NCBI GenBank assembly: GCA_963733295.1
Contig: CAVTCS010000003.1
Span: forward strand, 2,656,001 to 2,720,000
Reading direction: 5' to 3'
Source: Vulcanimicrobiota bacterium
Lineage (GTDB): Bacteria > Vulcanimicrobiota > Vulcanimicrobiia > Vulcanimicrobiales > Vulcanimicrobiaceae
DNA: 64,000 nt
Below, one piece after another: positions 30,506 through 39,831 of this stretch (its first letter is position 1; each line of letters opens with the position of its first letter). Below the pieces are notes generated by a model. The model ran no database searches, had not been told where the DNA came from, and saw only the letters and a program-made list of their open reading frames with translations. The position numbers and the translations under genes were made by a program.

Positions 30506-31724
30506 GCTGAAGAGTTCGCGAAGCGTCCCCGAGGTCTTTGCGCGCTTCTTGCGACTTGGCCTCAGCTCGTTCGGCGGGCCGGTGGCGCACCTCGGCTATT
30601 TCCGGCGCGAATTCGTCGAGCGCGCGCGTTGGCTCGACGATGCGACTTTTGGCGAGATCGTGGCGGTCTGCTCGGCACTCCCCGGGCCGACGAGCAGTCA
30701 AGTCGGGATGAGCCTGGGTGCGCTCCGCGCCGGGCCGCTCGGCGCGCTGGCGGCCTGGGCGGCGTTCACCACGCCCTCCGCCGTCTTGCTCGCGCTGTTC
30801 GGTCTGGTGCTCCGCGCCGGTGCCGCAAGCGCATTTCAAACGGCGCCGGCCTGGCTCGGCGCCGAAGCCGGTCTGCTGGGTGCGGCCGCGGCCGTGGTCG
30901 TTCTCGCGGTGTACGGATTGGCCCGCTCGCTGGCGCGCACGACCGCGACCCGCGCAATCGCCGTTGCCGCGCTCGTGCTCGCGCTGGCGGTCGATCGTTA
31001 CGCACCCCAGCTGCAGTGGCTTCCGCTCCTCGGGGGAGCGTTCGGCGGCTTCTTCGCGATTCGCGACGCACCGCAAACTCCCAGCGCGAGCAGCATTCCA
31101 CGCGCCGGCACGCGCGTCGCCTTGATCGCCTTCGGCGCATTTCTGGCACTCGCGGTTCTGCTGCCCGCAGTCGCGCCGCGCGGCTCGTACCTGGAACTCT
31201 TCTCGCAGTTCTTCCGCGCCGGATCGCTCGTGTTCGGCGGAGGCCACGTCGTGTTGCCGCTGATTCGCGGCTTCATCGGTCCGGAGGCGATCTCGAACGC
31301 CAACTTTTTTGCGGGCTATGCCGCCGCGCAAGCCGTTCCGGGGCCGTTGTTTACGTTCGCCTCGTTCGTAGGAGCCGCAAACTCGTCCGGTGCATCGGGC
31401 GCGGCGGGCGCGCTCGTCGCGACGCTCGGCATCTTCGCGCCTTCGTTCTTTTTGCTCGTGCTCGCATTTCCGCTCTGGCACGCGCTGCGCTCGTGGCCGC
31501 GCGCCGCCGCGGCTCTTGCCGGAATAAACGCTTCGGTCGTCGGTTTGCTCGGCGCGGTCGCCATCGATCCGATCGGCCGCCAGGTCGCTGCTTCGCCGGT
31601 CGCGCTCGCCGCAGGGATTGCCGCGCTCGGCGCGCTCTTCGCGCTCAAAGCTCCGTCGTGGGCGGTCGTCATCGCAGCGGGAGCGCTCGGTTGTGCCGCG
31701 GGCGCGCTCGGCGCACCGCCCTAG
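30504..31724 (+). CDS. chrA: Chromate transporter (long-chain CHR)
   Basis: SFGGPVAHLGYF, LPGPTSSQ, VFGGGHVVLP, AQAVPGPLF (two homologous halves). Confidence 0.92.
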   Translation: MLKSSRSVPEVFARFLRLGLSSFGGPVAHLGYFRREFVERARWLDDATFGEIVAVCSALPGPTSSQVGMSLGALRAGPLGALAAWAAFTTPSAVLLALFGLVLRAGAASAFQTAPAWLGAEAGLLGAAAAVVVLAVYGLARSLARTTATRAIAVAALVLALAVDRYAPQLQWLPLLGGAFGGFFAIRDAPQTPSASSIPRAGTRVALIAFGAFLALAVLLPAVAPRGSYLELFSQFFRAGSLVFGGGHVVLPLIRGFIGPEAISNANFFAGYAAAQAVPGPLFTFASFVGAANSSGASGAAGALVATLGIFAPSFFLLVLAFPLWHALRSWPRAAAALAGINASVVGLLGAVAIDPIGRQVAASPVALAAGIAALGALFALKAPSWAVVIAAGALGCAAGALGAPP

Positions 31725-31749
31725 CGCGCGAGTTTTCCGGGGAGCGAAC

Positions 31750-31786
31750 AAAAGAAAAGAAGCCCGCATCCGCGCGGGCTCCTTTT
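31750..31786. terminator. Bidirectional intrinsic terminator
   Basis: AGCCCGC/GCGGGCT stem (31761-31780) with an A-rich tract on the left and CCTTTT on the right, between convergent genes. Confidence 0.75.
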
Positions 31787-31801
31787 GTGGGAGGGTGGCT
31801 C

Positions 31802-32404
31802 TTACAGTCCGTAGACGCTCTTCAGGTCGAGCATCGCTTGGGTCAAGACGGCGTGATAGTTGCCGTCGGCTTCGCGGCCGTACTTCTTGTCGATGTCGTC
31901 CATCACGGCGACGTGGATCGGATGGGTCACGAGGTTGTCGAGCATGTACTCGACGTTGTAGCTGCCGTTCGACATGAGACCGAGCTTGTAGAGCGCGGCG
32001 GCCAGCGCCTTACCGTCGGTGGGCGACGGGTTCGGCGCGCTCGGCAGCGCGACGCCGGCGGCCTTCACCTTGGCCAGCGAATCGTCCACGACGAAGTTGA
32101 AAACGGTGAGGAACGACTTGACGCTGCCGGCGCCGAACTTCTTGTTGAGCGACGCGACTTCGGCCGAGGTCTTGTCGCCGGCCAGCACCGTGACGAGCTT
32201 GACCGAATTGAAGTCGCTCGGACCGCCGCCGGCGATGACCATCGAAAGCGTGGTCGGCAACGCGGGGTTTCCGCTATAGACGCCGGCGCTACTGAAGCGC
32301 GCCGTCTGCGGGCTGGAGCTGCTATCGGCGCGTGCCGGGAGCGCCGTCGTCGCGACGGCCAATCCGGCAAACGCCGCCATCAGAAAATTGCGGGTGCGGT
32401 TCAT
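31802..32404 (-). CDS. Secreted hypothetical protein
   Basis: GAGGAG RBS, signal peptide ending ARA, terminator immediately downstream. Confidence 0.8.
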   Translation of the reverse strand: MNRTRNFLMAAFAGLAVATTALPARADSSSSPQTARFSSAGVYSGNPALPTTLSMVIAGGGPSDFNSVKLVTVLAGDKTSAEVASLNKKFGAGSVKSFLTVFNFVVDDSLAKVKAAGVALPSAPNPSPTDGKALAAALYKLGLMSNGSYNVEYMLDNLVTHPIHVAVMDDIDKKYGREADGNYHAVLTQAMLDLKSVYGL

Positions 32405-32523
32405 CGATTCTCCTCTGAGGAATCCTTGCGGGACTCTTCGTTGTAAGGGGACGCTTAGCGTGCGCCTCGGCGCGCGGCTATCTCCTCAACGAGCGAGACG
32501 GCGTCTTGGATGGGTCGAAGCCG

Positions 32524-34119
32524 TTACAACCCGAGGGCGAGCGAATCGGCTCGCGGATCGGCACCGCCCGCCAGCGTCCCGCGCTCGCGATCGACCGCGA
32601 TCGCCTGCCCGTGCCCGAGCGGATTCTCGAACGCGCCCAGGACCTGCACCACGTGTCCGCGCGCGCGCAACGCTGCGACCACTTCGGGGGCGAAGCGCGA
32701 CTCGACGCGCACGCTGTCGGCGTAGGCCGCCTCGCTGTCGCGCCCGTAGACGAAGCGCGGCGCGTCGAGCGCCTGCTGGACGGAGAGCCCGCGTTCGTAT
32801 ACGTTGTGGATCAGCTGCACCTGCGTTTGCGGCTGCCCGTCGCCGCCCATCGTTCCGTACACGAGTTCGGGCTTGCCGTCGCGCAAGAGCATGCCGGGCG
32901 CGAGCGTGTGGAGCGGTCGCTTGCCGCCCGCGAGTTCGTTCGGGTGGCCCGGCTCGAGCGAAAAGTACGCTCCGCGATTCTGCAAGAAAACCCCCGTCCC
33001 GCGCGTGACGAGGCCCGAACCGAAGTTCATGTAAAGGCTCTCGATCAGCGAGACGGCGCGGCCCTCGGCATCGACTGCCACGATCGCTATCGTTCCGCCA
33101 CGCGCCGAATGCGCCAGACGCGGCTGCACCCGCTCGGGATCGATTCGCGCACGCATGCGCCCCAGTTCGTCCGGTTCGAGAAAGCGCGCAGGCGGGACGC
33201 GCATCGCCTCGGGGTCGGCAAAGTGCGTGTCGCGCACGTCGAAGGCGAGCTTCAGCGCCTCGATCGCGAGATGCGTCCAGAGCCCGTCGTCCGCTTCGCC
33301 GTCGTCCTGCAGTGCACCGAGCGCCATCAGCGCGACCGAGGCCTGTGAGTTCGGCGGGTTGGCGACGATCTCGCAACCGTGCCAGTCGATCTTCAGCGGA
33401 GCCGCGCGCTCGGTGCGTTGCGCGGCGAGGTCGTCCGGCGTCATCGGGTTGCCGCCCCGAGCCAGCGTCGCTGTAATCGCTTCGGCGATGCGGCCGTGAT
33501 AGAAGGCGTCGGCGCCGCCCGCCCGGATCGCCGCAAGCGTTTGCGCGAGCGGGACGTTGCGCAAGAGGTCACCGGCCCGCGGGCAACCGTGGCGTAAGAA
33601 CAACGCAGCGGCTTCTTCGTCGGCGCGCAGCAGCGCTTCGTTGAGTGCAAAGTAGGCGGCGACAACGTCGGTCGCCACGAACCCCTCCCGCGCGAAGCGC
33701 TCGGCCGGGGCTAGCAGCTCGTCGAGACTTCGCGTGCCGTGCGCGCGCAGCACGTCTTCCCACGAACGGACCGCGCCCGGCACGGTCACCGGCAGCGCGC
33801 CGCGTTCGGGCATATGACTGAAACCTCGCTCGCGCAGGCTCTGGGCGCTCAGCCCTGCCGCGGCTCGCCCGCTTCCGTTATAAGCGATGGTCTCGCCGCT
33901 GCGCGGTTCGTGTACGAGCCAGAACGCGTCGCCGCCGACTCCGCAGCTCGCGGGGTAGACGACGGCTAAGACCGCGTTGCAGGCGATCGCGGCGTCGACC
34001 GCGTTGCCGCCGGAGCGGAGCACCTCGACGCCGGCTGCGGTCGCTTGCGCGTGCGGCGACGCGATCATCGCCCGGGCCGAACGCGCGACCGCGCGCGTCG
34101 GAAATGTGTCTCTGCCCAT
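32524..34119 (-). CDS. ggt: Gamma-glutamyltransferase (YwrD-like)
   Basis: GGNAVDAAIA, GVGGDAF, VTVPG, autoprocessing G-G-T (GGTIAIVAVD), LQNRG, GTMGG. Confidence 0.93.
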   Translation of the reverse strand: MGRDTFPTRAVARSARAMIASPHAQATAAGVEVLRSGGNAVDAAIACNAVLAVVYPASCGVGGDAFWLVHEPRSGETIAYNGSGRAAAGLSAQSLRERGFSHMPERGALPVTVPGAVRSWEDVLRAHGTRSLDELLAPAERFAREGFVATDVVAAYFALNEALLRADEEAAALFLRHGCPRAGDLLRNVPLAQTLAAIRAGGADAFYHGRIAEAITATLARGGNPMTPDDLAAQRTERAAPLKIDWHGCEIVANPPNSQASVALMALGALQDDGEADDGLWTHLAIEALKLAFDVRDTHFADPEAMRVPPARFLEPDELGRMRARIDPERVQPRLAHSARGGTIAIVAVDAEGRAVSLIESLYMNFGSGLVTRGTGVFLQNRGAYFSLEPGHPNELAGGKRPLHTLAPGMLLRDGKPELVYGTMGGDGQPQTQVQLIHNVYERGLSVQQALDAPRFVYGRDSEAAYADSVRVESRFAPEVVAALRARGHVVQVLGAFENPLGHGQAIAVDRERGTLAGGADPRADSLALGL

Positions 34120-34177
34120 GATCGCCTTGTACCGCGAGCCGCAGGCCGCTCCTGGTTCGCTGCGAATCCTCCGGCGG

Positions 34178-35080
34178 ATGCTGGCCGTGGATCGCGTGAG
34201 CCGCTCGTTCGGCGCGGTCGAAGCCGTTCGCGACGTCAGCTTCAGCTGCGCCTCCGGCACGGTGCTGGGACTGCTGGGTCCCAACGGCGCCGGGAAGACG
34301 ACGACGATGCGGATGATCCTGGGGATCTATCCGCCCGACTCAGGCTCGATCTGCTGGAACGGCCGGGTCATCGACCGTGAGCTGCGCCGGGGTTTCGGCT
34401 ATCTTCCCGAGGAGCGCGGCCTCTACGCGAAGATGCGCGTCCGCGACCAGATCGAATACTTCGGGCGGCTGCACGGGCTCGACGACGCGGCGACGCGGAA
34501 ACGCAGCGCGGCTTGGATCGAACGGCTCGCGCTGAGCGAATACACGAAGCGAACCTGCAGCGAGCTTTCGAAAGGAAACCAGCAAAAGGTTCAGCTGGCC
34601 TGCGCCGTGGTTCACGACCCGGCCCTCCTGATATTGGACGAGCCGTTCGGCAGCCTCGACCCGGTCAATGCGGAGATCATGCTCGACTGCCTGCGCAAGC
34701 TCGTCGAGAGCGGCACGACGCTGCTCCTGTCGAGTCACCAGATGTGGCAGATCGAAAACCTGTGCCGCGAGTTCTGCATCATCGCCGCCGGCCAAGTGCG
34801 CCTGCGAGGCTCGCTCGAGGAGCTGCGCCGCTCCTTTCCGACGCGAACGGTGAAGGTAGCCCCCGACTTGCCCGCGATTCGCGCCGTCTTCGCCGCTTCC
34901 GGCGCCGGCGAGCCGGCCACGGAAGACGGTGCGCTCAGCTACGTGCTGCCGGCGCAGACCGATTTCGGAGCGCTGCTGCGCGCGGCGGTCGCGGCCGGAC
35001 CGGTCAGCGATTTCGAGCGGCGCCAGCCGTCGCTCAACGAGATCTACATGCACGCGCTTGACGGGGACGCCCAAAGATGA
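34178..35080 (+). CDS. ABC-2 exporter ATP-binding protein (NatA/YhaQ-like)
   Basis: GPNGAGKT, GYLPEERGLY, LSKGNQQ, LLILDEP. Confidence 0.92.
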   Translation: MLAVDRVSRSFGAVEAVRDVSFSCASGTVLGLLGPNGAGKTTTMRMILGIYPPDSGSICWNGRVIDRELRRGFGYLPEERGLYAKMRVRDQIEYFGRLHGLDDAATRKRSAAWIERLALSEYTKRTCSELSKGNQQKVQLACAVVHDPALLILDEPFGSLDPVNAEIMLDCLRKLVESGTTLLLSSHQMWQIENLCREFCIIAAGQVRLRGSLEELRRSFPTRTVKVAPDLPAIRAVFAASGAGEPATEDGALSYVLPAQTDFGALLRAAVAAGPVSDFERRQPSLNEIYMHALDGDAQR

Positions 35081-36312
35081 ACGAGATCGGCATCGTCTTC
35101 GCGGCCGAATTCGCGCGCCGGCTCCGCTCGCGCGTCTATCTGCTCGCGACCCTCGGCGGCGTGCTCATGGTCGCGTTCATCGTCGAAGCGCCGGTGCTCT
35201 TTTCGCACGTCGCGCTCGCTTCCACGAGCGACGTCGTGCTCGCCGGACCGGCCGCTCTCCGAATGCGCGCCGCCACGCTCATGCAAGCCAAGCAGGACTT
35301 CCGGATCGTCGACTCGCTTGACGAGTTGCCTAAGCCCGTGACGCTCGCCTTTCTCGACGCGCACCAAAAGGCGGCTGCGGCGATCGAGCTTTCGGTGCGA
35401 AACAAGCAGTTGCACGTCGACGTCTACCCGCGCGACCTCGCCGCTTACGACGACATCGAGTTTCGCGTGCTCTTACCGCTCAGCCTCGAAGTCTCGACGG
35501 GACTCTCGAGCGCACAAGTTACGCCCGCCCTCAAGATCGCACGCAGGATCCATCCGATCGACCGGAAGTTCGTCGACGCGAAGAGTGCGACGTTCGCTCA
35601 CGGCGTCGCTTTCGGATTGATCTTCATCCTGTACTTCTCGATCATCATCTCGAGCCAGAGCGTGATGGCCTCGGTAGCCGAAGAGAAGACGAGCCGCATC
35701 GCCGAGCTGCTGGTCGCGACGATTTCCCCGGTGAATCTGCTGACGGCCAAGACGCTCGCCGCCGCCACGCTCGCGCTCCTGCAAATCGGAATCTGGGCCG
35801 CGACCGCGCTTGTGTTGCTGCCGGGCGCGGACGCTTCGCTGACCGGTCCTGGGTCGAGTCCGCCGCCGCCGCCGAATGCAGGACTGCTCGCCTTCGATCC
35901 GGGCGAATTGCTCGCGTTCGCGCTCTTTTTCTTGCTGGGATTCTTTCAATACGCGACGATCTATGCGGCGGCCGCTTCGCTCATTTCGCGCACCGAAGAC
36001 TTGGGCAGCGTCGCGACGCCCGTCATTCTGCCGGTCCTCGGGGCTTTCTTCGTGGCACAGTACGCGCTGTCGCAGCCGGCCTCGCCCTTCGCCGTCGCCT
36101 TCAGCTTCGTGCCGTTCATCTCGCCCTTCGTGATCTTCAGCCGCATCGCAATCAGTCTGGTTCCGTGGTGGCAGATCGCGCTCGCCGTGGTCGTGAATCT
36201 CATCACCGTGGCGGTATGCTTCTATCTCGGGGGCAAGATCTATCGGGTCGGCATGCTGCTCTACGGCAACGCGCCCTCCCCGCGCCAAATCTGGGCCGCT
36301 TTGCGAGCGTAG
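35077..36312 (+). CDS. ABC-2 exporter permease (NatB/YhaP-like)
   Basis: SVAEEKTSRIAELL, multiple TMs, KIYRVGMLLYG. Confidence 0.9.
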   Translation: MNEIGIVFAAEFARRLRSRVYLLATLGGVLMVAFIVEAPVLFSHVALASTSDVVLAGPAALRMRAATLMQAKQDFRIVDSLDELPKPVTLAFLDAHQKAAAAIELSVRNKQLHVDVYPRDLAAYDDIEFRVLLPLSLEVSTGLSSAQVTPALKIARRIHPIDRKFVDAKSATFAHGVAFGLIFILYFSIIISSQSVMASVAEEKTSRIAELLVATISPVNLLTAKTLAAATLALLQIGIWAATALVLLPGADASLTGPGSSPPPPPNAGLLAFDPGELLAFALFFLLGFFQYATIYAAAASLISRTEDLGSVATPVILPVLGAFFVAQYALSQPASPFAVAFSFVPFISPFVIFSRIAISLVPWWQIALAVVVNLITVAVCFYLGGKIYRVGMLLYGNAPSPRQIWAALRA

Positions 36313-36316
36313 CGAA

Positions 36317-36386
36317 CGCGTCGCACTTAGCGCGATTTCGGATCGAGCGCGTCGCACTTAGCGTGATTTCGGATCGAGCGCGTCGC
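36317..36386. repeat. 31-bp tandem duplication (about 2.25 copies, 1 mismatch)
   Basis: CGCGTCGCACTTAGCG(C/T)GATTTCGGATCGAG at 36317 and 36348, partial copy at 36379. Confidence 0.9.
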
Positions 36387-37251
36387 GCAGGCCGTCGCCG
36401 AAGAGATTGACGCCGAGGACCGTGAACGAGATGGCGAGGCCGGGAAACGTGCCGAGCCACCAAGCGGTGTCCAGATATTGACGCCCGTCGGCCAGCATCG
36501 TGCCCCACGACGGGACGTTTTGCGGTGCGCCCAGCCCGAGAAAAGAGAGGGCGCTTTCCAAAATCACCGTGCGCGCCACCTCGAACGTCGCGAGAACCGT
36601 CACCGACGAGGCGACGTTGGGAAGCACGTGGCGCAACAGGATACGCCCGGGCGCGGCGCCGCTCGCGAACGCAGCTTGCACGAAATCGCGGTCGCGCAGC
36701 GAGAGCGTTTCGGCGCGCACGACGCGGACGTACTGCACCCAGCTCGTCACGCCGAGCACCGCGATGATCGTTCCGACGCCGGGACCGACCACCCCGACGA
36801 TCGCGATCGCGAGCAGCACGAACGGAAAGGCCAATTGAATGTCGGCGAGCCGCGAGATGATCGCGTCGGCCGGTCCGCCGAAATAGCCGGCGATCATGCC
36901 GGCGGCGACGCCGAGCGTCCCGCCGATCACGACGACCGAGAGTCCCACGATCGAGGCGACGCGCGTGCCCCAGATGACGCGCGACAAGATGTCGCGTCCC
37001 AGATTATCGGTACCGAGCGGATACGCCGAAGCTCCGCCCGCGAGCCAAGCCGGCGGTTTCAAGGCGAGGGGGAGATTCTGAGCGCTCGGATCGTGCGGTG
37101 CCAACTGCGGCGCGAAGAGCGCGCACAGCGCGACGATCGCGACGATCGCCGCACCCGCGACCGTCGCCGGCGACGCGAACAGAACCTGGGCGAACGCGCG
37201 GCGCTCCGGCGCGAACGCGAGCGAAGGGCCGGCTGCGGCGGCGCCGGTCAT
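36358..37251 (-). CDS. Peptide/nickel ABC permease (DppC/GsiD-like)
   Basis: LGTDNLGRDILSR, EAA-loop region DFVQAA..SGA, ESALSFLGLG, GDGLRDALDP. Confidence 0.93.
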   Translation of the reverse strand: MTGAAAAGPSLAFAPERRAFAQVLFASPATVAGAAIVAIVALCALFAPQLAPHDPSAQNLPLALKPPAWLAGGASAYPLGTDNLGRDILSRVIWGTRVASIVGLSVVVIGGTLGVAAGMIAGYFGGPADAIISRLADIQLAFPFVLLAIAIVGVVGPGVGTIIAVLGVTSWVQYVRVVRAETLSLRDRDFVQAAFASGAAPGRILLRHVLPNVASSVTVLATFEVARTVILESALSFLGLGAPQNVPSWGTMLADGRQYLDTAWWLGTFPGLAISFTVLGVNLFGDGLRDALDPKSR

Positions 37252-38165
37252 TCGTACCGTATCCGCGGGTCGAGCATGACGTAGACGACGTCGACGAACA
37301 GGTTTATGAGCACGAACGACATCGCGGAGAGCAGCACGACCACTTCCACGATCGGGTAGTCGCGATCGTAGATGGCCTGAACCGCGAGCCGCCCGATCCC
37401 GGGCCAAGCAAAGATGGTTTCGGTGATGATCGCTTGCGAGAGCAGCGTTCCCAGTTCGAGCCCGATGACGGTGACGATCGGCAGCCAGGCGTTACGCAGC
37501 GCGTGATGCAGGATGAGTCGCAGCGACCCGACGCCTTTGGCGCGTGCGGTTCGCAGAAAGTCGCTGCCCAGCACGTCGAGCATCGAGGCGCGCGTGAGAC
37601 GCATGATCTTCGCCGTCGAGAAGAGCGCGAGGGTCACGGCCGGCAACACGAGGTGCGAGAGACCGCCGATGCCGGCGACCGGAAACCAGCCGAGCTGCAC
37701 GCCGAAGATCAAGATCAGCATGATGCCGAGCCAGTAGACCGGCGTGCTCTGACCGACGAGCGCGAACAGGCGCGCGAACAGATCGAGCGCCGAGTTTCGC
37801 CGAACGGCCGCGACGACGCCCGCCGGAATTGCGAGGATCACCGCCAACACGAGCGCGCTGAACGCGAGTTCGGCCGACGCCGGAACGCGTTCCAACGTCA
37901 GCCCGAGCGCCGGCTCGCCGTGACGGAGCGAATCGCCGAAATCACCGTGCAGCGCGTTCCAGGCGAACGCGCCGAACTGCACCCAAAGCGGCCGGTCGAA
38001 ACCCTCGGCGTGACGGAACCGCGCGATCTCGGCAGGCGTCGACTCGAGCGGCATCATCAACGTGGCGGGATCGCCGCTCAAATGCAGGATGACGAACACC
38101 ATCACCGCGACGCCGGCGATGACCCACAACGCTCCGAGCGCCCGGCGTAAGAGAAAGGCGGTCAG
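37248..38165 (-). CDS. Peptide/nickel ABC permease (DppB/GsiC-like); probable CTG start
   Basis: GDFGDS, DFLRTARAKG, HALRNA, ETIFAWPGIG, LDPRIR; GGAG 5 nt before CTG. Confidence 0.92.
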   Translation of the reverse strand: MTAFLLRRALGALWVIAGVAVMVFVILHLSGDPATLMMPLESTPAEIARFRHAEGFDRPLWVQFGAFAWNALHGDFGDSLRHGEPALGLTLERVPASAELAFSALVLAVILAIPAGVVAAVRRNSALDLFARLFALVGQSTPVYWLGIMLILIFGVQLGWFPVAGIGGLSHLVLPAVTLALFSTAKIMRLTRASMLDVLGSDFLRTARAKGVGSLRLILHHALRNAWLPIVTVIGLELGTLLSQAIITETIFAWPGIGRLAVQAIYDRDYPIVEVVVLLSAMSFVLINLFVDVVYVMLDPRIRYE

Positions 38166-38174
38166 AGCCGCTCC

Positions 38175-39692
38175 CTATCCGCCCAGCTTCATCTCGTCGC
38201 AGAGCAACAATTCGTCGGGCCGGGCTTGCCATACGAGCCGCTTCGAACTCGCGTACAGGTCTTCGTACTCGAACAGGAAGAGCCACGGCGCCTCGTCGTG
38301 AACGATCGTCAACGCCTTCGAGTACAAGGCTTGCCGCTTGGCCGGATCGACTTCGTAGCGCGCGTCGGTGAGGAGCTTGTCGAGCTCCGGATTCGCGTAG
38401 GTCGAAAGGCGCGCGTCGCTCGAAAGCAGGCTCGTCAGCGTGTTGTCGGCATCGTAGCTGTCGTTGCCCCACCCGAGCTCGTAAGCCGGCGCCAACGCGC
38501 GCTGGCTGACTTGATTGACGTAGGTCGTCCATTCCGCGATGCGCGTGCTGACCTTCGCCCCGGTTGCGGAAAGCTGGCCCGCGACCGCTTCGGCCACTTC
38601 TTTGTCGCGGTTGTAACGGCCGGTCGGCGCGTTGATGACGAGCTCGAGGCCCTTGCCGTCCGGATAACCGGCCTGCGCGAGCAGCGCCTTGGCTTTGGGG
38701 AGATCGTGGTTGTAAAACGGGATCTTCGGATCGTAGCCGGTAAAATTCGGCGGCAGCGGCGAGGACAGCGGATAGCCGCGTCCGCCGAGCACCGTCTTGA
38801 CGATCGCGGGAACGTCGAGCGCGTAGTTCAGCGCCTGGCGTACGAGTTTGTTCGTCTGCGGGCCGGGCCGCAGCGTGTTGAAAGCGATGAACAGGACGCG
38901 AACGCTGCGCGCGCTTTCGAGCTGGGTCGTGCGCCCGCCGGCCAACTGGAGTTGATCCTGAACCGGAACGTTCGTAATCAAATCGGTCTCGCCGGTGCGC
39001 AGCGCGGCGACCCGCGAGGCCGCTTCGGGGATGGGTTTGAAGACGACGTGATCGATCGGCGCGCGGCCGTGCCACCAGTTTGGATTGACGTCGAGATCGA
39101 GTTCTTCGTCCTTGGTCCACGACTTGAACATGTAGGCGCCGCTGCCCATCGGATGTTCGGCTTCGTAAGCGTTCCCGTGTTCGGTCCAATACTTGCCGTC
39201 GACGATCATCGTGAGCCAGGGGTAACCCGGCATGAGCGCGACCGGATGCGGCGTCACGATCCGCACCGTGGAGGGATCCGGGGTTTCGACGCGCTCGACG
39301 GTATTGACGCGCGGCCCTTGTTCTGACTTCTCAGCGGGATCTTTGATCTTCTCGATCGAGAACTTGACGTCGGCACTCGTCAGAGGATCGCCGTTCCAAA
39401 ACTTTACGTTGCGCCGCAGCTTGAACTCCCACACCGTCGGCGCGACGCGGCGCCACGAGGTCGCGAGCCAAGGAATCACCTTACCGTCCCGGTCGTGGCG
39501 CACCATCGTGTCGAACATGTTGAGTTGCACGTTGGTCGTCGGGGTGATCGTGCGCTGGAGCGGATCCATCGTAACCGGATCGACGCCCTGAGAGATGACG
39601 ACCGTCGTGTCGGCAGCGGGAACCGGCCCGGGCGCCGCCGAGGCGACCAGCAGCAGCCCGGCACAAAGCGCGAGGGCGCGGCGAAGCTTCAT
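38175..39692 (-). CDS. Family 5 ABC substrate-binding protein (DppA/GsiB-like)
   Basis: Signal peptide, PWLATSW, FKLR..VKF.NG.PLTS.DV, GSGAY, VRQALNYA; GGAGG RBS. Confidence 0.93.
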   Translation of the reverse strand: MKLRRALALCAGLLLVASAAPGPVPAADTTVVISQGVDPVTMDPLQRTITPTTNVQLNMFDTMVRHDRDGKVIPWLATSWRRVAPTVWEFKLRRNVKFWNGDPLTSADVKFSIEKIKDPAEKSEQGPRVNTVERVETPDPSTVRIVTPHPVALMPGYPWLTMIVDGKYWTEHGNAYEAEHPMGSGAYMFKSWTKDEELDLDVNPNWWHGRAPIDHVVFKPIPEAASRVAALRTGETDLITNVPVQDQLQLAGGRTTQLESARSVRVLFIAFNTLRPGPQTNKLVRQALNYALDVPAIVKTVLGGRGYPLSSPLPPNFTGYDPKIPFYNHDLPKAKALLAQAGYPDGKGLELVINAPTGRYNRDKEVAEAVAGQLSATGAKVSTRIAEWTTYVNQVSQRALAPAYELGWGNDSYDADNTLTSLLSSDARLSTYANPELDKLLTDARYEVDPAKRQALYSKALTIVHDEAPWLFLFEYEDLYASSKRLVWQARPDELLLCDEMKLGG

Positions 39693-39831
39693 GGCCTCCG
39701 GTGCGGCCCTCCCGGTCGGGCCTCCTGCCTACCGTGTTTTTCGCATCCCGGAGAAACGGGCGCCGGAAACCGTCAGCCAAGCGCGGAACCTAATTTCGGC
39801 TCGTTCTTGCTTGCTAGTGAGGTATTTGGCA

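Noticed and set aside
32478..32511. ECF-sigma-like CCATCC...CGTT promoter (minus strand) upstream of the secreted protein
   Set aside because: Short motif with no cognate sigma factor in the window; insufficient support
36317..36386. CRISPR array
   Set aside because: The units are directly adjacent with no spacers, copy a gene end, and no cas genes are present
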